A stretch of DNA of 59,377 bases from a virus (Duplodnaviria; Caudoviricetes), in IMG/VR virus record IMGVR_UViG_3300005805_000096, positions 1-59,377 of that record; one strand, 5' to 3'. Under the pieces are notes generated by a model that saw only the letters and a program-made list of their open reading frames with translations, was not told the origin of the DNA and did not search any database. Shown one piece after another: positions 47,701-55,444 of the stretch. Every line of letters begins with the position of its first letter. The stretch's first letter is position 1. Made by a program: the position numbers and the translations under genes.

Positions 47701-50700
47701 GGAAACACCCTTGATCAATTAGGGTTGACTGTATTTGAATATGTTGAAGAAATTACAAATCCAACAGCAAACCCTTATGATAACTTTGGTAAAATAGTAA
47801 AAATCAACGACTCAAGTGATGTACTAGCTGTAGGTAGTGATAATGGTATCACAGTAAGTGACTGTACATTTGATAATAATACAACAACCTTTGACGCCAT
47901 AAGCACAAGTTTTAGTGATGCAATTACCAGCGGTGCTGTGTGGGTGTTTAGTTATATACAGGATGCAAGAAACAATATAGATAACCCTGGTAATTTTAAT
48001 TTTGTTCAGCAGATAAGTCCGCAAGGTAATGCATTGGTATCAGGAGCTAACTTTGGCTCTGGATTAGATTTTAAGAACTATAGAATGGTAATTGGTAGCA
48101 CAGACTATACCGGAACACTATTGAATCAAGGTCAGGCTTACTTATATACAAATCCTCAACAATTGACTGGTTGGGATGTCATAAGAGAAGAAAGTCCAAA
48201 AGTTGATATAAGCTGTATTCTAAAAAGCTATGTTTACAGTGTTAATAACCAAACTATCATTAATAATTTAGATTATATTGATCCTGCTAAAGGTAAAATT
48301 TTAGGTAATGCTGAACAAGATATTACCTACAAAACTGATTACGACCCTGCAATTTATAATGTAACCAATTTGGATAATGTCAGTGAAGATACAATTTTCC
48401 ATTGGAATAACAATCAAGTTGGTCAGGTCTGGTGGGATCTTAGTGCAGTTAGATATTTGGATTATGAACAAGGTTCAATTAAATATCGTGCAAATAATTG
48501 GGGAAGAGAATTTCCAGGAAGTAGTATAGATGTTTATGAATGGGTTGAAAGCATTTATCCACCAAGTCAATACGTAGCTAATGGTGGTAATGGAATACCT
48601 AAGTATTTAGAAGGACAAAATGCTTATGTAGCTCTAAGTTATGTTGATCCTGCTACAAATCAACCCACAGTAAAGTATTATTTCTGGGTTAAAGATAAAA
48701 CAGTAGTTACAATAAATCAATTTGGAAGAACTATTCCTACCACCAGCATAGCTGATTTAATACGTAATCCAAAAGGAAGTGGAATTAGGTATTTTGCTGC
48801 TATCCGCGACGATGCTGTGGCAGTCTATAATATGGTTGGACTACCTGTTGGTAAGGATACAATATTCCATTTAGATTATGCTACCTTATTAAACAGTAAT
48901 ATTATTCACAGTGAATATGCGTTGGTCAGTGAAAAAGCGCAACGGTCTGAAGTTATTCCAACTAATATATACAATAAATTAGTGGATAGTGCATGCGGTG
49001 CAGATATATTTGGAAACAATGTTCCAGATCCTTTCCTAACACCACAAACACGTTATGGTATCGATTTTAGGCCGAGACAAACCATATTTGTTAACAGATT
49101 TGAAGCCATTAAAGAAATGGTTAGTTTTGTTAACAGAGTATTTTCTAAGAACCTAATAAGTCAAAATTATGATTTAAGTACATTAAACAGCGTTGAACCG
49201 ATACCACCAGTAGAGTTAGGTTTGTATGATATCACAGTACCTACATATGAAACATTGGGCTATATTGATATTACCATACAACCAATTGGCTATAGTGTAT
49301 TGGTTGAAAGCGATGCAACGGTAAGCGGGTTGTGGACCATCTATATAAAACAGGCTAATAACACTTGGTTATTGACAAGGGTACAAGCTTGGTATACCCC
49401 TGAATACTGGGAGTTTGTTGATTGGTATGCTGACGGGTTTGATTCTGGAGTTAAACCAACTTATACAGTTAATACACCAGCAGACTTATCAACCCTACAA
49501 TTGCAACCTAGAGATATTGTTAAAATATTGAATAATGGTAGAGGCAAGTGGGTTGTTGTACAGGTATTTAGAACAGAGGTTGTAACTATAGCAGTTGAAT
49601 CAGGCACCATCGCCCTTAAAGATAATCTATATGATTTAGAAAAATATGGTATGGGTTTTGGTAATGGAAACTTTGATATACAAAGATTTGATCAAAACCC
49701 AAGTATAGAATTAAGGTTTATATTTAATGCTCTTAAGAATGACATCTTCATTAATCAGCTAGGTCAAGAATTTATAAACCTATTCTTTGTGTTTATTAAT
49801 TATGTATTGAATGAACAAAAGTATATTGATTGGGCATTTAAAACTAGCTTTATAACTGTATTACATAAAATACGCGGGTTAACACAACCACCACTATTTA
49901 GAACTGAGAATCAAGATTACTATAAGCAGTATATTGAAGAAGTCAAACCATACCACACTACTATCAGAGAATATATTATTGATTATCAAGGTGCTGATAA
50001 TCTAAACGGGTATGTAACTGACTTTGATGTACCTGCATACTATGATTCAGTGTTAAATCAGTGGCGTAGCCCAAGCGGTGAATTTTTCCAAGACGGGGTT
50101 GCCTTACAAGAACCTAAATATAGAGATTGGTTGTTGAATTACAGTTATAGCATTGGCTCTTTAGAAATTGCCGATGCAGGTAGTGGATATACCTTACCGC
50201 CAGTTATTACAATCACTGGTAGTACCATTGGTAACGATGCAGTAGCCAAAGCTATTGTAAGCAATGGTGTTATTTCTAGAATAGAAGTTTTGTACGGAGG
50301 ATCTAATTATATAACGCAGCCAATCGTAACTATAACAGGCGGCAATGGCTCTGGAGCACGAGCTTATGCAATACTTAAAAATGAAACTACTCGTAAACTT
50401 AAGACTACATTAGTTTATGATAGAATAACTTATGGTACAGATGTTATTAATTGGGAACCAAATACCAGTTATGTAGCTGGACAGATTATTGCCTATAACG
50501 GGGTTGCATATACAGTAAACAGTAATTTTACCAGTGATGATACATTCAACGGAAATAATCTAACAATATATCAAGCCAGCGGATTCCGCACTGCTAATGA
50601 TAGAATTCAAAGTTACTATCAACCAGAAGTTGGATTACCGGGTAAGGATTTTGCACAACTTCAAAGCGGAATTGAATATCCTGGTGTTGGAGTTCAAGGC

Positions 50701-51903
50701 ATACTTTATACCGATGTAGGCGGCTTTGATGCTTATCCATTTGATTCTGATCCATTTGACTTATTCATATTAGATGAAGATGGCAATAACATATATGAAG
50801 AAAGTATTTTGGACAGTAAAATATCAAGTCTTTATACAGATACCAGTTTAGGGGTAGATCCTGAGGATATTGACATCGATGGTGGGGCTTATGTTGATCA
50901 ATATAGCAGCCATGCTCCGGAAGAGTTAATACCTGGTCGCACTTATGATACTTTAGATTTAACTGTGAAAACTTTTGCAACATTATGCAACACCACAGCA
51001 TATAGTGATTGGGTATCAAACACAGCATTCTATGTTGAAACTATTGATGTGTTGGATGGTGGCAGCGGTTATAGCAGTTCTAACGTTGTGGTAACGGTAG
51101 TAGGGAATGCAGTATCAACCGCCACAGCTAACGCAGTATTAGACAGTAATGGCACCATTACAAGCATTACTGTAATTTCCTCTGGTTTAGGTTATACAGA
51201 AATACCTAATATTGTTATTACTGGTGGAAACCTAGTAGCTGCCAATGCTGTAGCAAGATTAAGTCAAAATACCTATAGTACTTTTGATTACAGAATATTC
51301 AAAGATATGAATGATAATTGGCAATATGCTGCGATAACTGCCACAGCAAATAGCACTCTAGTAAATGCTATGACAATAACTAGTAACACTATTTCATTAG
51401 TAGATAGCAGCGGATTTTACATTCCAGATGTAGATCAAGCAATTCCTGGAGTAGTATTCATAAACGGTGAACGCATTACTTATTGGGAAAATGATACCGC
51501 AACCAACACATTAAAGCAGATTCGTAGAGGAACAGCAGGTACCGGTGCTGTAGCTCATGCAGTAAACAGTGAAGTAGTGAACGGCAGTATAAATTCAACC
51601 GTTCCACGTAGTCAGTATTGGATTTGGGAACCATCAGCAAATACTTCATTGATAACCACTAGCGGAAATGTGGCAGTTTGGTACGCTAATACTTCATATT
51701 TCCGCAGCGAAATATGGTATAATCAAGGTCTGTCAGTGTATAGTTTAAGCGAAGAATACCCTGAAGCTTTGCCATTGGATGAAATACCTTATCTAATGAC
51801 TGAAAGTAATTCCAGTATAGTAACCAATCAAGAATTTAGTACTGCTACGGACGGTAACGGGCTGTATGCAAGTGATAAAGTGCAAGCCGTTTTTATTAAA
51901 TAA
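38758..51903 (+). CDS. Giant baseplate wedge/adhesin protein (gp7-like) with YHYH-like domain and FG-GAP-like repeats
   Basis: Uninterrupted 4381-aa ORF after gp6. DGYPIYGP…LDEYNGRFCVTPEYP.GTYAYF; FG…GAP repeats; VKPYHT; GSGY..P repeats. Confidence 0.8.
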   Translation: MPVTKTLNFLPTVFQSETNQKFLNATMDQLVTEPNLVTINGYVGRKFAPGEVDVTEYVREPSTARADYQLEPSVIVKETLSGNVDFHVAYPEVLQKIAFYGGKTDNQSRLWSQEYYSYNPLINFDAFINFNQYYWLPDGPSAVNVFAGGTELEKTYYIYPDSAAGVYNISGFGTVSNPDLVLARGGNYQFKVKQPGKPFWIQTDPGVNGTQIANSNLTSRQIFGVTGNGTDDGTVYFNVPDVTAQDVFVTMPTVQNVDFATNLKFNQLQGQLVSTINAAYGGIDGQQTNWGGKFLIFTTLWADDADWTVGATTVPFYERTGIFEINLSPSGSDYVVDLDYVADIPLNNKVAILSGIQNGNTEWFKNPTYVLELVPIVTANLDTLYYQDGSDPTQVGVIKIVDPNTASINIDTDILGKKNYISPNGVTFTNGLKIRFDINVTPESYQEKEYYVDGVGIAITLTPVTNLVVNFALGASNYDPTTAFTGLATATYDRTLETLSISTGDVPANANISYGTFPNSINSNYIITQDINLSLPYKGGLNDPGEHVSTQLRDDVIGMTAVGIPIFGTYGGEYVPGGSGTQWHLNTTTVKINGQDVYNGFVDDEGIYQYTDSSFITANAWGNVSGFTVTDNGYLDVNGHSKIVGFASDGYPIYGPFGYSNALSSSSSIIRMVSGYTANVSNPDRPQSQTVNVALPASSNIITVNTSFDINPGMRITTNDAGILSGTVWVIRSGQQTIVGLNGHNLTVNQIQLSSNVTVSEGNSLTFAYLPGAFIEDYTFSSNVGTLDEYNGRFCVTPEYPNGTYAYFATQDNTNTPTYPYFIGSAFFGSLENDTNSNLSEPEYITINRSSRDLNPWSRRNRWFHKDVITATAIYNNTIPLLDQNYKAKRPIIEFDPNIQLFDFGINGLQPIDLLDKTTTNPFLTFEGATSAEIDGIELVNNMRVIFTADEDPLTRNKIWVVNFVELTPGAELTIHLELASDGNVQANDTVSVFSGETEAGNSYYYNGSVWDQGQRKIQTNQPPLFDIVDKIGISFSDRSKYPPSVLGLTFNGNKIFSYTEGSGVNDPVLGFPLAYKNLNNIGDIEFTNNYDTELFRYTVDQINYVDKVNTGDLIKNNDDGSKTRLNVWTTVVQPSRQYQVIPYVFDGITNSFLIDVMPDQPTSLPTLQVYVNFKLLKPTQYQIFNLPQNKKSITIRPSLIEQGDKIDILVISKQVSQLGYYEIPVNLNYNAQNFVLNKPTLGDIRNHIGELTENSLQFKGQYPGNSNLRDIYVAAQGGTILQQSAPTTLSSMFLCDEQMNVVNAILNAQQEYTRFKNKFLNIASTDANVNVSDPISAVDYIIQQINQIKNKTFPWYYSDMIPYGDNKQIITYNIFDPLERRYEITNLFDMQTLSNRAVLVYLNNQQLVWSKDYVFNPTLPAVELLDRVVLEVDDTLTIVEYADTDGNWIPETPTKLGLYPKFVPIIYTDDTYRTPVQMIKGHDGSLMPAFNDFRDAILLELERRIYNNIKVEYNEKLFSIYDSKPGKFRNIGYTQAEWSRLLARVYLPWTGFNNLDYVTNSTFVTDNPWTYNYAASLDVVDSENLPGSWRACFDYFYDCQTPHLRPWEMLGFSEEPDWWQDTYGPAPYTSGNTILWTDLENGYIAAGPRQGIDPTFTRPGLSQFIPVNVNGEPMPPIGLLTNKYNQSTFNKNWQVGQWSPVETAWRNTSEYPFAFQLLAAVTQPAKYFAVGATINKYKFNEDLQQFLIQDTNYRLTQQDIEVNGYVTLDNTIQRSASYINWIGDYLTTLGILNKGNLLRYIRDYSVQLSYRMAGFSGKNYLKILAEQNSPNSINQSVIIPDSDFAVELNKSTPLNNVRYSAVIIEKLAEGWSVSGYDFNNPYFTVIIPTAKGSNRTVSSLNLSVDWFTEFTNLKVNVPYQTVFDNNQQIATFLCGYQRFLQSQGFRFDYYDPDLAQIRNWDLSAKEFLFWVEQGWPAGSVLILSPIADNLKFQFNAAVVDGIENTFYGTKVMTQNYVVLDSDAYTVNRDNNVFKLSLDNKTGDLIGFVSLNLVQYEHVIIFNNITQFNDIIYDPASGQRQYKMKVVGKKTGDWTGQLAAPGFVYNSPGVISWRPDTDYLKGDLIEYKGFYYAASKDLPGTPEFIFANWIPVDKDKIQTGLLPNFATNAGLSVDFYDVDGVNLDSKFDLYSLGLIGYRNRSYLNDLGVDDTTQVKFYQGFIKQKGTLNAINALANVSFNNENTSVNINEEWAFRVGAYGSLATNQYVELVLDESYTLNNPTSLLVNSNNVVTYTSLYNDGQGLYKTSEMPFSSPFLLNRTNNSIRTDDIQTAGYASLEDVDFTIFDIKDLNSLNGNLNNIGVGSTIWAAKSYANEWEIYRVNETYAEVQRIDNSLNGFYLITTNVAHNFATSDIVLLKNCGVFSGFYQVEIVPTLNTFIINFGVAIPDFNSLVTISSPAYKLTSQRFTYGSEIKSSTPIEGYRANSKVWVDNATINNTWAVYNKSNPWLANTSLSQSETYANLNYGSATHITQNNEFIVVGASGFNNGVGRCYTFATDDAGNYAEKPYIDPYSIDSKEFGITVDGTNDVVVIGAPGSRNDTGYVFYYSRNFLGQINLQQVIGTNVSGARFGQSVSVSDDGEWLYVGAPNEDAVYVYSYNTNIPLQSDTVVGNGVATVFTLSYTPVDQNTLVATLIDTPIINYVPGVDFTVTGATITFTSPPTANVAVVQRAGFQFVDKILGTAGSKFGYSVATSTGGAQVVVGAPDLNVNGDIQAGGISVYDRSIEKFIANGSQSQFGGQRPVQSYSKVYIDANLQATPTNYTVSGNNVNFTTNVSAGSIVTIETDEFYKIQDLYPADNQSEAKFGYSVDLCSFNCSIYAGAPFESTDVRASIGSVYRFLNQGRVYGTITGTVQNPVVTANNSIRLNDFEVVFSGGNLTSIVNSINNADIPGVTATNVGGYLTINSDSVLVADKLRVLPGVGNTLDQLGLTVFEYVEEITNPTANPYDNFGKIVKINDSSDVLAVGSDNGITVSDCTFDNNTTTFDAISTSFSDAITSGAVWVFSYIQDARNNIDNPGNFNFVQQISPQGNALVSGANFGSGLDFKNYRMVIGSTDYTGTLLNQGQAYLYTNPQQLTGWDVIREESPKVDISCILKSYVYSVNNQTIINNLDYIDPAKGKILGNAEQDITYKTDYDPAIYNVTNLDNVSEDTIFHWNNNQVGQVWWDLSAVRYLDYEQGSIKYRANNWGREFPGSSIDVYEWVESIYPPSQYVANGGNGIPKYLEGQNAYVALSYVDPATNQPTVKYYFWVKDKTVVTINQFGRTIPTTSIADLIRNPKGSGIRYFAAIRDDAVAVYNMVGLPVGKDTIFHLDYATLLNSNIIHSEYALVSEKAQRSEVIPTNIYNKLVDSACGADIFGNNVPDPFLTPQTRYGIDFRPRQTIFVNRFEAIKEMVSFVNRVFSKNLISQNYDLSTLNSVEPIPPVELGLYDITVPTYETLGYIDITIQPIGYSVLVESDATVSGLWTIYIKQANNTWLLTRVQAWYTPEYWEFVDWYADGFDSGVKPTYTVNTPADLSTLQLQPRDIVKILNNGRGKWVVVQVFRTEVVTIAVESGTIALKDNLYDLEKYGMGFGNGNFDIQRFDQNPSIELRFIFNALKNDIFINQLGQEFINLFFVFINYVLNEQKYIDWAFKTSFITVLHKIRGLTQPPLFRTENQDYYKQYIEEVKPYHTTIREYIIDYQGADNLNGYVTDFDVPAYYDSVLNQWRSPSGEFFQDGVALQEPKYRDWLLNYSYSIGSLEIADAGSGYTLPPVITITGSTIGNDAVAKAIVSNGVISRIEVLYGGSNYITQPIVTITGGNGSGARAYAILKNETTRKLKTTLVYDRITYGTDVINWEPNTSYVAGQIIAYNGVAYTVNSNFTSDDTFNGNNLTIYQASGFRTANDRIQSYYQPEVGLPGKDFAQLQSGIEYPGVGVQGILYTDVGGFDAYPFDSDPFDLFILDEDGNNIYEESILDSKISSLYTDTSLGVDPEDIDIDGGAYVDQYSSHAPEELIPGRTYDTLDLTVKTFATLCNTTAYSDWVSNTAFYVETIDVLDGGSGYSSSNVVVTVVGNAVSTATANAVLDSNGTITSITVISSGLGYTEIPNIVITGGNLVAANAVARLSQNTYSTFDYRIFKDMNDNWQYAAITATANSTLVNAMTITSNTISLVDSSGFYIPDVDQAIPGVVFINGERITYWENDTATNTLKQIRRGTAGTGAVAHAVNSEVVNGSINSTVPRSQYWIWEPSANTSLITTSGNVAVWYANTSYFRSEIWYNQGLSVYSLSEEYPEALPLDEIPYLMTESNSSIVTNQEFSTATDGNGLYASDKVQAVFIK

Positions 51904-51926
51904 ATAAATGATAATAAGGTAAGATT

Positions 51927-52712
51927 ATGAGTTTGACCACAGTAAAAATAAGTGAATTACCACAAATAAGTTCAGCAAACTTAATTGCGTCAAATAACCC
52001 CACTTTGCCGTTGATATCAAATGTCTCAGGCAATTTGCTCACGTATCAAACTACCTTATCTAACATCAAAGATTTTATTGAAGACGGCAACCTTACAATA
52101 ACAGGCAATGTTTCTGCAGATGGTTATACTTATTCAAACGGAATTTCTATAATTGGAAGTGGACCACAAGGTCCACAAGGGCCACAAGGCACAGCAGGAA
52201 TCAGTGGATCACAAGGGCCACAAGGGCCTCAGGGCGTAAGCGGGCCAGCTGGTTCAGCTAGTACCGTAAGTGGACCACAAGGACCACAAGGGCCGCAAGG
52301 TGTAAGTGGGCCACAAGGTCCTGGAACTGGTAGCCAAGGACCACAAGGGCCACAAGGGGTAAGTGGGCCACAAGGGGTAAGTGGGCCACAAGGCCCATCA
52401 GGTCCTCAAGGGGTAAGTGGGCTGCAAGGTCCGCAAGGGTCAACAACCACAAATGACGTATTAACTGCATTGTCAGGATTAACTTATGATGCAGTTGGTA
52501 GTTTTATATGGGCCGGCTCACCAAACAATATAGCTGGTATTTCTCCCGGTAGTACTTATAGCGGTGCTATATTACAGGCATCAGGCATAAGGGTTGATAA
52601 AGGGCAACATCAGTTATCATTTTCCGGCGTCTTTTTGTCAGGTACCTATAGAGCATTGGGCTATACAAGTGGTGGTGATCAAGCAGCCACTTTATTCATA
52701 AGGATTGCATGA
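51927..52712 (+). CDS. Collagen-repeat tail fibre protein
   Basis: VKISELP N-terminus, GPQ repeats, fibre-tip-like C-terminus ending LFIRIA. Confidence 0.8.
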   Translation: MSLTTVKISELPQISSANLIASNNPTLPLISNVSGNLLTYQTTLSNIKDFIEDGNLTITGNVSADGYTYSNGISIIGSGPQGPQGPQGTAGISGSQGPQGPQGVSGPAGSASTVSGPQGPQGPQGVSGPQGPGTGSQGPQGPQGVSGPQGVSGPQGPSGPQGVSGLQGPQGSTTTNDVLTALSGLTYDAVGSFIWAGSPNNIAGISPGSTYSGAILQASGIRVDKGQHQLSFSGVFLSGTYRALGYTSGGDQAATLFIRIA

Positions 52713-52948
52713 TGTATACCGTAGAGAATGTAATTGAACCTAAGTACGTAAATCAAGATGGTAGTGCAATAGACTGTAAAGTAAAATTTTTTGAATTAGC
52801 TGACTACATGCCTTTCTGTGCTACAAGTTATGATATAGTACCGTATGGGCTACAAATTCATAGTGATTGTGTAGCTGGCAAATACGGTCCAGTAGAACCA
52901 TATCATCCGCCAGGTATTCCAGTAGTAGAGGCAGGAACCAATGACTAG
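52709..52948 (+). CDS. Tail fibre assembly-like protein
   Basis: P.Y…IDC.V.F…PF.A…D…G..I…G.YG.V..Y pattern; coupled to the fibre gene. Confidence 0.65.
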   Translation: MMYTVENVIEPKYVNQDGSAIDCKVKFFELADYMPFCATSYDIVPYGLQIHSDCVAGKYGPVEPYHPPGIPVVEAGTND

Positions 52949-53333
52949 TCCTAATTCAAAGATTAGTTTAGTCAGCAACGTTTGGATCAAACAGATGGTG
53001 TTTGAAAACGTTAACGACATAAACCAAGGCCATGCACATAGTTTTGATCACCAAACTTTATTAGCGTACGGCAAAGTGTTAGTAACAGTAAATGGTAAAA
53101 CCAAAGAATTCTCAGCCCCAACAATAATTTACATTAGAGCCGGACAAGTTCATGAGATTAAAGCATTGGAGGCAGGTACTATATGCTATTGTATTCATCC
53201 TATTAGGGACGGTGAACGAGTGGAGGATATAATTGATCCTGCAGATATTCCAGAAGGTATTAGTTTACAGCAAGGCTTAATTACTTCGGTGAAGGCTACT
53301 GAATATTTTAAACAACCTCATGAGTTATTCTAA
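52941..53333 (+). CDS. Cupin-domain protein
   Basis: GH.H.FDH.TLL..G.V…F.AP.II.I.AG..H.I.ALE…YCIH. Confidence 0.85.
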   Translation: MTSPNSKISLVSNVWIKQMVFENVNDINQGHAHSFDHQTLLAYGKVLVTVNGKTKEFSAPTIIYIRAGQVHEIKALEAGTICYCIHPIRDGERVEDIIDPADIPEGISLQQGLITSVKATEYFKQPHELF

Positions 53334-53343
53334 TGGAGAAATT

Positions 53344-53493
53344 ATGATAAATAAAGATAACTCTGCAGAACAGGTTGAGAATATAAAGGAACCAGTGCAG
53401 AAACCTAATGAAAGCACTGGAATTTACGTAAGAGGATTTGTACGTATAACTGATCCAGAATCTGGCAAAGTTATAATAGAAACTAACAATTAA
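53344..53493 (+). CDS. Small virion-module protein (49 aa, below ORF-track cutoff)
   Basis: GGAGA SD; MINKDNSAEQVENIKEPVQKPNESTGIYVRGFVRITDPESGKVIIETNN*. Confidence 0.7.
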   Translation: MINKDNSAEQVENIKEPVQKPNESTGIYVRGFVRITDPESGKVIIETNN

Positions 53494-53503
53494 CGGAATA
53501 GAT

Positions 53504-54097
53504 ATGTTTGAAAAAAATAACACAATGGTACAGGGCCATATTTTAATAAAGGATTATCTAACAGGAGAAATTTTGATAGATAAGCCAAATGCTATTCATT
53601 ATGAAAATATGAGTGAAGCATTGGCGCTTAGTATTGCTAATAAAGGTACCGGTTATATTGAAAGTATGGCTTTTGGTAATGGCGCTACCAGCGTTGATAG
53701 CACTGGCGTTATTACATATCTCCCACCAAATACATATGGGCAAAATGCTACTCTATACAATCAAACCTACAGCAAAATAGTGGATAATACTAGCGCACTT
53801 AATACAGATCCAGCAAGGAACTATATTGAGGTTCGTCATACCCCAGGCTTAATTTATACCGATGTTTTTGTTAGCTGTTTGTTAGATTATGCAGAACCCA
53901 CAGGACAACAGGCTTTTGATAACTCTGCTACCATGCAAGGAACTTATGTTTTTGATGAATTAGGGTTGATCAGCGAAAGTGGAAGACTGCTAACCCACGT
54001 AATTTTTCACCCTGTACAGAAAGCTTTGAACAGGTTGATTCAAGTTGATTATACCGTAAGAATTCAAACTTTGACTAATTTGAGTTCTAACCTATAA
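53504..54097 (+). CDS. Virion structural protein (baseplate/fibre-associated)
   Basis: GHILI.D..TGE…NAIHYEN, MAFGNG, FDELGL…LLTHVIFHPVQK.LNR…YT.RI. Confidence 0.75.
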   Translation: MFEKNNTMVQGHILIKDYLTGEILIDKPNAIHYENMSEALALSIANKGTGYIESMAFGNGATSVDSTGVITYLPPNTYGQNATLYNQTYSKIVDNTSALNTDPARNYIEVRHTPGLIYTDVFVSCLLDYAEPTGQQAFDNSATMQGTYVFDELGLISESGRLLTHVIFHPVQKALNRLIQVDYTVRIQTLTNLSSNL

Positions 54098-54144
54098 TCA
54101 GCAGGATTAATACTGGAATAAATATTAAAAACGGATAAAGAACT

Positions 54145-55431
54145 ATGCCATATACTATTAACTTAACCAACGGTAATTTGCTAACAACCATAGCAGATGG
54201 AACCATTAACACTACATCAACCAGCCTTACTTTAATAGGTAAGAACTATAGTGGTTACGGACAATTTTTCAATGATGATATAGTACACATCTTAGAAAAC
54301 AGTGCCAACGACACCGCTCCAGATAATCCTTTAGTTGGGCAATTATGGTATGACACTTTAGGAAATTTAAAGGTTTATACAGGTAGTGCATGGAATACTA
54401 TATCTAGTATTTTTGCTACTAACTCCACTCCCTCTGGTGCAGTTACCAGTAACTTATGGTGGGATACAGAGGATCTTCAACTTCGTGTCTATGATGGTGC
54501 AACCTGGGTTTTAGTTGGACCAGCATTCACGAGTAGTCAAGGAACTAGTGGAACAGAAATTGAAACTGTGTTAGATACTAGCAGTAATGCACATGTATTG
54601 GTAAGTTTGTATAGCGGTAACGTAAGGGTAGCTACAGTTAGCAGCGATGAAGAATATGTGCCACTAACGCCAATACCAGGTTTTTCAACTATCAAAACTG
54701 GGATACAGTTAAGCACTGATACTGGCGATATAACAGATGCGAAATTCCATGGTAATGCAACATTATTAGATGGGTTTACAGCTAACGACTTTGTTAAAAC
54801 TTCAGGGTCAGGTAGTGTTGCGTTAACTGGTAACATTACTTTATCCAACGTGTTTATTATTGATACTATAGGTAATGATGGAAGATTAACTACCACTACT
54901 AATGGCGCAAATCTAATTATGCGCTCTAACGTATCTGGTACTATTAGCAATACTATGGTAATTTACGGTAGTAATGGATCTATTACAAGTTCTGGCAATA
55001 TTACAGCTAATTTCTTTGTTGGTACAGCAATTCAATCTAGATATGCTGACCTTGCTGAAAGATTTGAAGCTGATAAAAGCTATGCGCCCGGCACTGTGTT
55101 ATGTTTGGGTGGCTCAGCTGAAGTAACTTTGGAAGAAGAAGAACTAAGTGACAATGTGTTTGGTGTGGTTAGTTCTGGAGCAGGTTTCTTAATGAACACA
55201 AATGCAGGGGAGGATGTCACTCACCCTGCTATTGCAGTAAACGGTAGAGTGCCCGTAAAAGTTATTGGTAAGGTTAAGAAAGGTGATCGTTTAGTCAGCG
55301 CAGGTGGCGGATTAGCTAGAACAGGCAAAAAGAACGAACTTACAGCATTCAACGTCATAGGTAGAGCTATTGAAAATAAAGATGATGATGGTGAAGGTAT
55401 GGTAATGGCCATAGTAAAACTTAACAGTTAA
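54145..55431 (+). CDS. Tail fibre/baseplate protein with C-terminal chaperone-like domain
   Basis: L.L.GKNY.GYG, P..GQLWYD repeats, C-terminal YADLAE…PGTV…GRVPVKV.G…KGDRLV; TAAATA at 54119-54124. Confidence 0.75.
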   Translation: MPYTINLTNGNLLTTIADGTINTTSTSLTLIGKNYSGYGQFFNDDIVHILENSANDTAPDNPLVGQLWYDTLGNLKVYTGSAWNTISSIFATNSTPSGAVTSNLWWDTEDLQLRVYDGATWVLVGPAFTSSQGTSGTEIETVLDTSSNAHVLVSLYSGNVRVATVSSDEEYVPLTPIPGFSTIKTGIQLSTDTGDITDAKFHGNATLLDGFTANDFVKTSGSGSVALTGNITLSNVFIIDTIGNDGRLTTTTNGANLIMRSNVSGTISNTMVIYGSNGSITSSGNITANFFVGTAIQSRYADLAERFEADKSYAPGTVLCLGGSAEVTLEEEELSDNVFGVVSSGAGFLMNTNAGEDVTHPAIAVNGRVPVKVIGKVKKGDRLVSAGGGLARTGKKNELTAFNVIGRAIENKDDDGEGMVMAIVKLNS

Positions 55432-55444
55432 TTGGAATTAGTCT

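Noticed and set aside
29606-55412. Numerous 60-140 aa ORFs antisense or out of frame within baseplate and fibre genes
   Set aside because: Fully nested in long, well-supported structural genes, with no SD or recognisable motifs.
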